In this document: one piece after another, positions 60,507 through 64,000 of the stretch
Position numbering within the stretch: the stretch's first letter is position 1
How the letters are laid out: the number at the start of each line of letters is the position of its first letter
From: Thalia democratica
Lineage: Eukaryota
NCBI GenBank assembly: GCA_965202585.1
Contig: OZ241830.1
Span: forward strand, 9,982,001 to 10,046,000
Direction of reading: 5' to 3'
DNA: 64,000 nucleotides
Position numbers and translations under genes: made by a program
The notes under the pieces: generated by a model
The model's database searches: none
What the model was told of the DNA's origin: nothing
What the model saw: only the letters and a program-made list of their open reading frames with translations

Positions 60507-62793
60507 CTGTTGGAAAAACTATCAGCTATTTTCAGTTAAGCTGAACATTGTACGAAAACCATTAAAGGTTGTAAAAATAGTTTGAAAAATTTTTACTTTT
60601 CAAATAATTAAAATAAAATTAATATAATATAAATCTTGCTCTTAGCATTATAGTACTAAATATAACTTTTTTTTCATCAATAAATTTACATATTAGATGT
60701 AGATAACATACAGAATATTAATTACTTTTAACGTAGTTGTAGCACTAAATCAAATTTAAGTCAAGTACTTATAACAACTAACGGTATTTTTTAACGGTAT
60801 AAATTTTAGTTGTTCCAATAATATATTTGACTTTAACCCAACCTGAATTTGGGTCATAGTATCCTTTCAATCCCATATCGTTCCTCTTATTGGTCAATAT
60901 TTCAGCCAATCGCTGATCTAATAATTTTCTCTCTAGCGCCACCGAGGGTGGAATCCTGTACCCGGCCACGGGGTCGATAAGCCCCCCTGTTGCCAACTGG
61001 GCGTCCAGCAACCGGATACCGTGGATCTCTATGACAACCCCTTTTCTGTGATTTTTAATTTATAATAGTTTTAATGATTTAGTATTTAAGCTGTATATTT
61101 GATAGATATTCAGTGGTTTGTACTATAACTGTATCAAAACACTCAACTAAATTATAAGTTTAGGTAAAAAAGTATGAAGGCTTTGTAGGTGAACACTCAA
61201 TCATTGTTTTAATTTTAGTAAAAATATGTTAAAATATTTTTTAGTTGGTTTTAGATCAATCCAACTTTTTTTTAGGTCATGTCACAGTTTAATTAATTAG
61301 CTAACGAAAAATTTTTAATTTAAGTATAAAGTACTTTTCAAGTAAATTATTGCATTGTCTTTTTTACTGAAATAGAGTTAAAAACATAACTTCATCATAT
61401 ATTAAGTATGCATATATACAAATATATGTATATTTAAAATTAATAAGAAAAAATGTACTTACTTTAGTTTTCTAAATAAGTTTTTATTAAAGCAAATACA
61501 TAAGAAAATCATTTAACTTTGAAAATTACAGACCTATATACCTTTTAAAGTTTATTGCTTGTTTATTTTATAATTTATAGAGAAACTATTAAGCTTTTTT
61601 TCTCAACACAAATTATATTTCTCATGCAAACGTTTCGCAGTGTATATAGGTAAATCAGTATTTTAATAGTTCAAAACGTGATTTACTCTGAACATGATTT
61701 CTACTTTTAAGTCAACTAGCTTCAAAATTTTACAAGTTTATAGGAAACTGCTAACATGAAAATGTTTCTCGTTTTTCAAGCTCTAAAAGTTGTTATATTA
61801 GAAGTAATTTAAAGCTCTTAATTTAGAAAGTAGTTCAGCCGAAAAAAACATTAAAATATCGATTATTATTTAGTTTTTATGTTAAGACAACATACAAATA
61901 CTTTTTTAGATAGCTTTAATATATTTAAACAACAATGTTTAACTTTTATAAACATTATATCAAAAATACTTAGTTTACTTAAACTTAATTAAGCTAAAGT
62001 TTTAAATTTATTTTAGATAGAAAATGTAAGATTAATCTCTAATGTTTAACAAAATTTTTGTAAACTTTTATATATCACTTAGTTTGTCTTTAAAAGGTTT
62101 CAACATAAGCATAATTGTTTTTCATCTTGGTTCGCTTTAAAATTTCTCTGTTGTATTTTAGCGTAATCAACCATAATTGATTTACCAATTGTCATAATTT
62201 ATTGATTTGATCAAAAATTTAAACCTGCTAGCTTCATATAAGGTTGATACCTTTCCACTTATAATATTCAGGTATACAGTACATATATATTTAAACAAAA
62301 AAAGCTATTACATGCCTGATGATAGCTTCATACAAGGATATTGTCTTTTACTAATGTGGTATTCAGATATATTGTATTGTAAAAGTATACATAACTAATA
62401 CATACATTATAGCTTCGTACAGGGATATTGTTTTATTCAGATATACTGTATAGTAAATATATACATAACTAATACATACCTTATAGCTTCGTACAGGGAT
62501 ATTGTTTTATTCAGATATACTGTATAGTAAATGTATACATAACTAATACTTACATTATAGCTTCGTACAGAGATATTGTCTTTCCACTTATGGTATCCAG
62601 ATATAACAAACATAAAACAAAATACACCTAGTAATTTATCATTCTTACCTGATAGCTTCATACAGTGATATCGTCTTCCCACTAATAGTATCCAAGTACC
62701 CACTAACTGCTTGTTCTGCTCTTTGGAGAGGAAGAACAAACTGTGGTAAGATGAGTCCTTCTTTGCTGGCTCTCTTTACAGACATCTTCTTTC
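60367..62793 (-). CDS. plakin-family gene (plectin/desmoplakin/epiplakin-like), last three exons encoding a plectin-repeat domain; 5' part lies beyond the window
   Basis: Spliced GKKMSVKRASKEGLI...AEQAVSGYLDTISGKTISLYEAIRKGVVIEIHGIRLLDAQLATGGLIDPVAGYRIP...KGYYDPNSGNNLTYTELMLTC...YPLLPL matches the plectin-repeat-domain pattern (HGIRLLEAQIATGG.IDP, KGFFDPNT.ENLTY). Confidence 0.93.
60843..61045 (-). CDS. plakin exon (KGVVIEIHGIRLLDAQ...YYDPNS)
   Basis: tcacag / GTTGGG, phase 2/1. Confidence 0.92.
62225..62603 (-). repeat. five intronic copies of the plakin exon 3' end plus donor site
   Basis: copies at 62554-62603, 62480-62517, 62406-62443, ~62317-62370 and 62225-62274 translate to YLDTISGKTISLYEAI-like peptides followed by a donor-like GT (GC in the ~62317 copy). 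Confidence 0.92.
62649..62793 (-). CDS. plakin exon (GKKMSV...SLYEAIR)
   Basis: ttaccag / GTAAGA, phase 1/2. Confidence 0.88.
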
Positions 62794-64000
62794 CTGGTAA
62801 GATTATATGTGGGTCAGCTATATAAAGTCTTACTTTGATGATATTGAAAATAGCTGTTTTAATACGATGACAATATTAGTTGCTTGCTCTATTTAATATC
62901 ATATTTTCATCCAAATAATACCAATAGGGAGCTTATATTTTAGAAATTAGAGAAAATGTGCACTTTGTCAAAGCTAGCTGTTAAAGTTAAAAAAAGCTTT
63001 TTTTATAACTTTACTCCTAGGTAGTGAAAAAAAATATTTCTAAATATAACCTTACTTATACAGATACGTTTAGTTTATATAGTGACGTAAAAATGTATAA
63101 ATAATTGCCAAAAATTGTTTAAAAAGTCTAAATGAGTCAAGCATAAGGGCAAAAATGATGAAAACTATAACATATTTAGTATGTTTCCATTAAAAACCCA
63201 GTTGAAGTATTTGATTCGTTAACAAATAGAAAAATATGTTGATACAATAAAGGAAGATTACTGTATAATTTGTTTTTATGAAAGCTATAACAACTATGAT
63301 TGTAAATTGTTTCGCAGTGTATAAGTTCTTGCAGTAATAGTGGTATAAAATGCAGTAAGATAAATACAAAACAATATTTTTCTTGCAAGATAATATTGAG
63401 CTATCGCAAAAGTTTCACACATAATGTAAACTAGTTACACTTAAAAACTAGAATAAATGATCGTTATCAACACATCATCGTTGATATTTGCGTAAAAGTT
63501 CATATTTTTAGAACATGTGAGCATCAGATAAAATCATGCTTTATTTTCTACTAAAATAAATCAGTAAAATAGTTTATTTTTAGAGTTTGGTACATTTTAC
63601 TAATTTGTAATTTCTTAAAACATTAAGAATAAAGGTTAATTTAGGCTAAAACTGTATATATGAATGTATAAATATATTGATAAAATATTTTCCACTTTAT
63701 ACTCTCTAAACTAAAGAAAAAAAAAAGTTGTAACCTCATGTAGAAAAAAGTTTAGATTTTAGCAAAAAGTTTGTTTCATTTCAAACAATTTATATTTTTG
63801 AGATAGACCGATATAGAAATAGTATTATTATTTCAAACTTATTTCAAAAACTTATTTTCATACTTATAAAAAACTTTATAATAACATATTTTACAAAATT
63901 TATACTACACAAAAAAATATGGATTGGAAGAAAAGTTTCAAATTTTGATAACTTCACAATTTATTATTTTGGTAGCACTAGGTTAAACAAGTTTGTATAA

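Noticed and set aside
62220-62700. Repeat-spacer look reminiscent of CRISPR (also 17745-18106)
   Set aside because: This is a eukaryotic intron, the repeats are exon-derived, the spacers are themselves repeated, and there are no cas genes.
62794-62940. Open frame extending upstream of the plakin acceptor (...IADPHIILPGKK) and a GTAAGA at 62833
   Set aside because: It hits a stop within ~30 codons and lacks plectin-repeat motifs, so the ttaccag acceptor is preferred.
261-63388. Remaining short AT-rich ORFs in the track (F/L/I/K/N-rich)
   Set aside because: They are composition-driven open frames in intronic or intergenic DNA with no homology or splice logic.

Overview
Eukaryotic genomic DNA with long, very AT-rich introns (roughly 20-25% GC by eye) and short GC-richer exons. 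By inference it is probably a tunicate: the exons are chordate-like, TGACGTCA/TGACGTAA is strongly over-represented, and a U12 intron is retained. Two minus-strand genes can be rebuilt exon by exon with consistent phases. The first is an essentially complete ~25-exon RasGRP/CalDAG-GEF gene (34758 to ~5147; REM, CDC25 RasGEF, 2 EF-hands, C1, long Ser-rich tail; ~1040 aa). It contains an AT-AC U12 intron and one 1-nt frame discrepancy in a T8 run. The second is the last three exons of a plakin-family (plectin-repeat) gene (62793 to 60367). The interval ~35-60 kb has no recognisable coding exons. Mobile DNA includes two Mutator-like TGCACG-repeat TIR elements and a small MITE family. The most striking observation is 'exon echoes': introns of both genes carry short (20-50 nt), often stacked copies of the adjacent exon end together with its splice site. 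The best-preserved copies differ from the functional exon almost only at synonymous positions (plakin 9 synonymous/0 non-synonymous over 16 codons; RasGRP C1 exon 6/1 over 13 codons), which simple neutral decay of a tandem duplicate does not predict.
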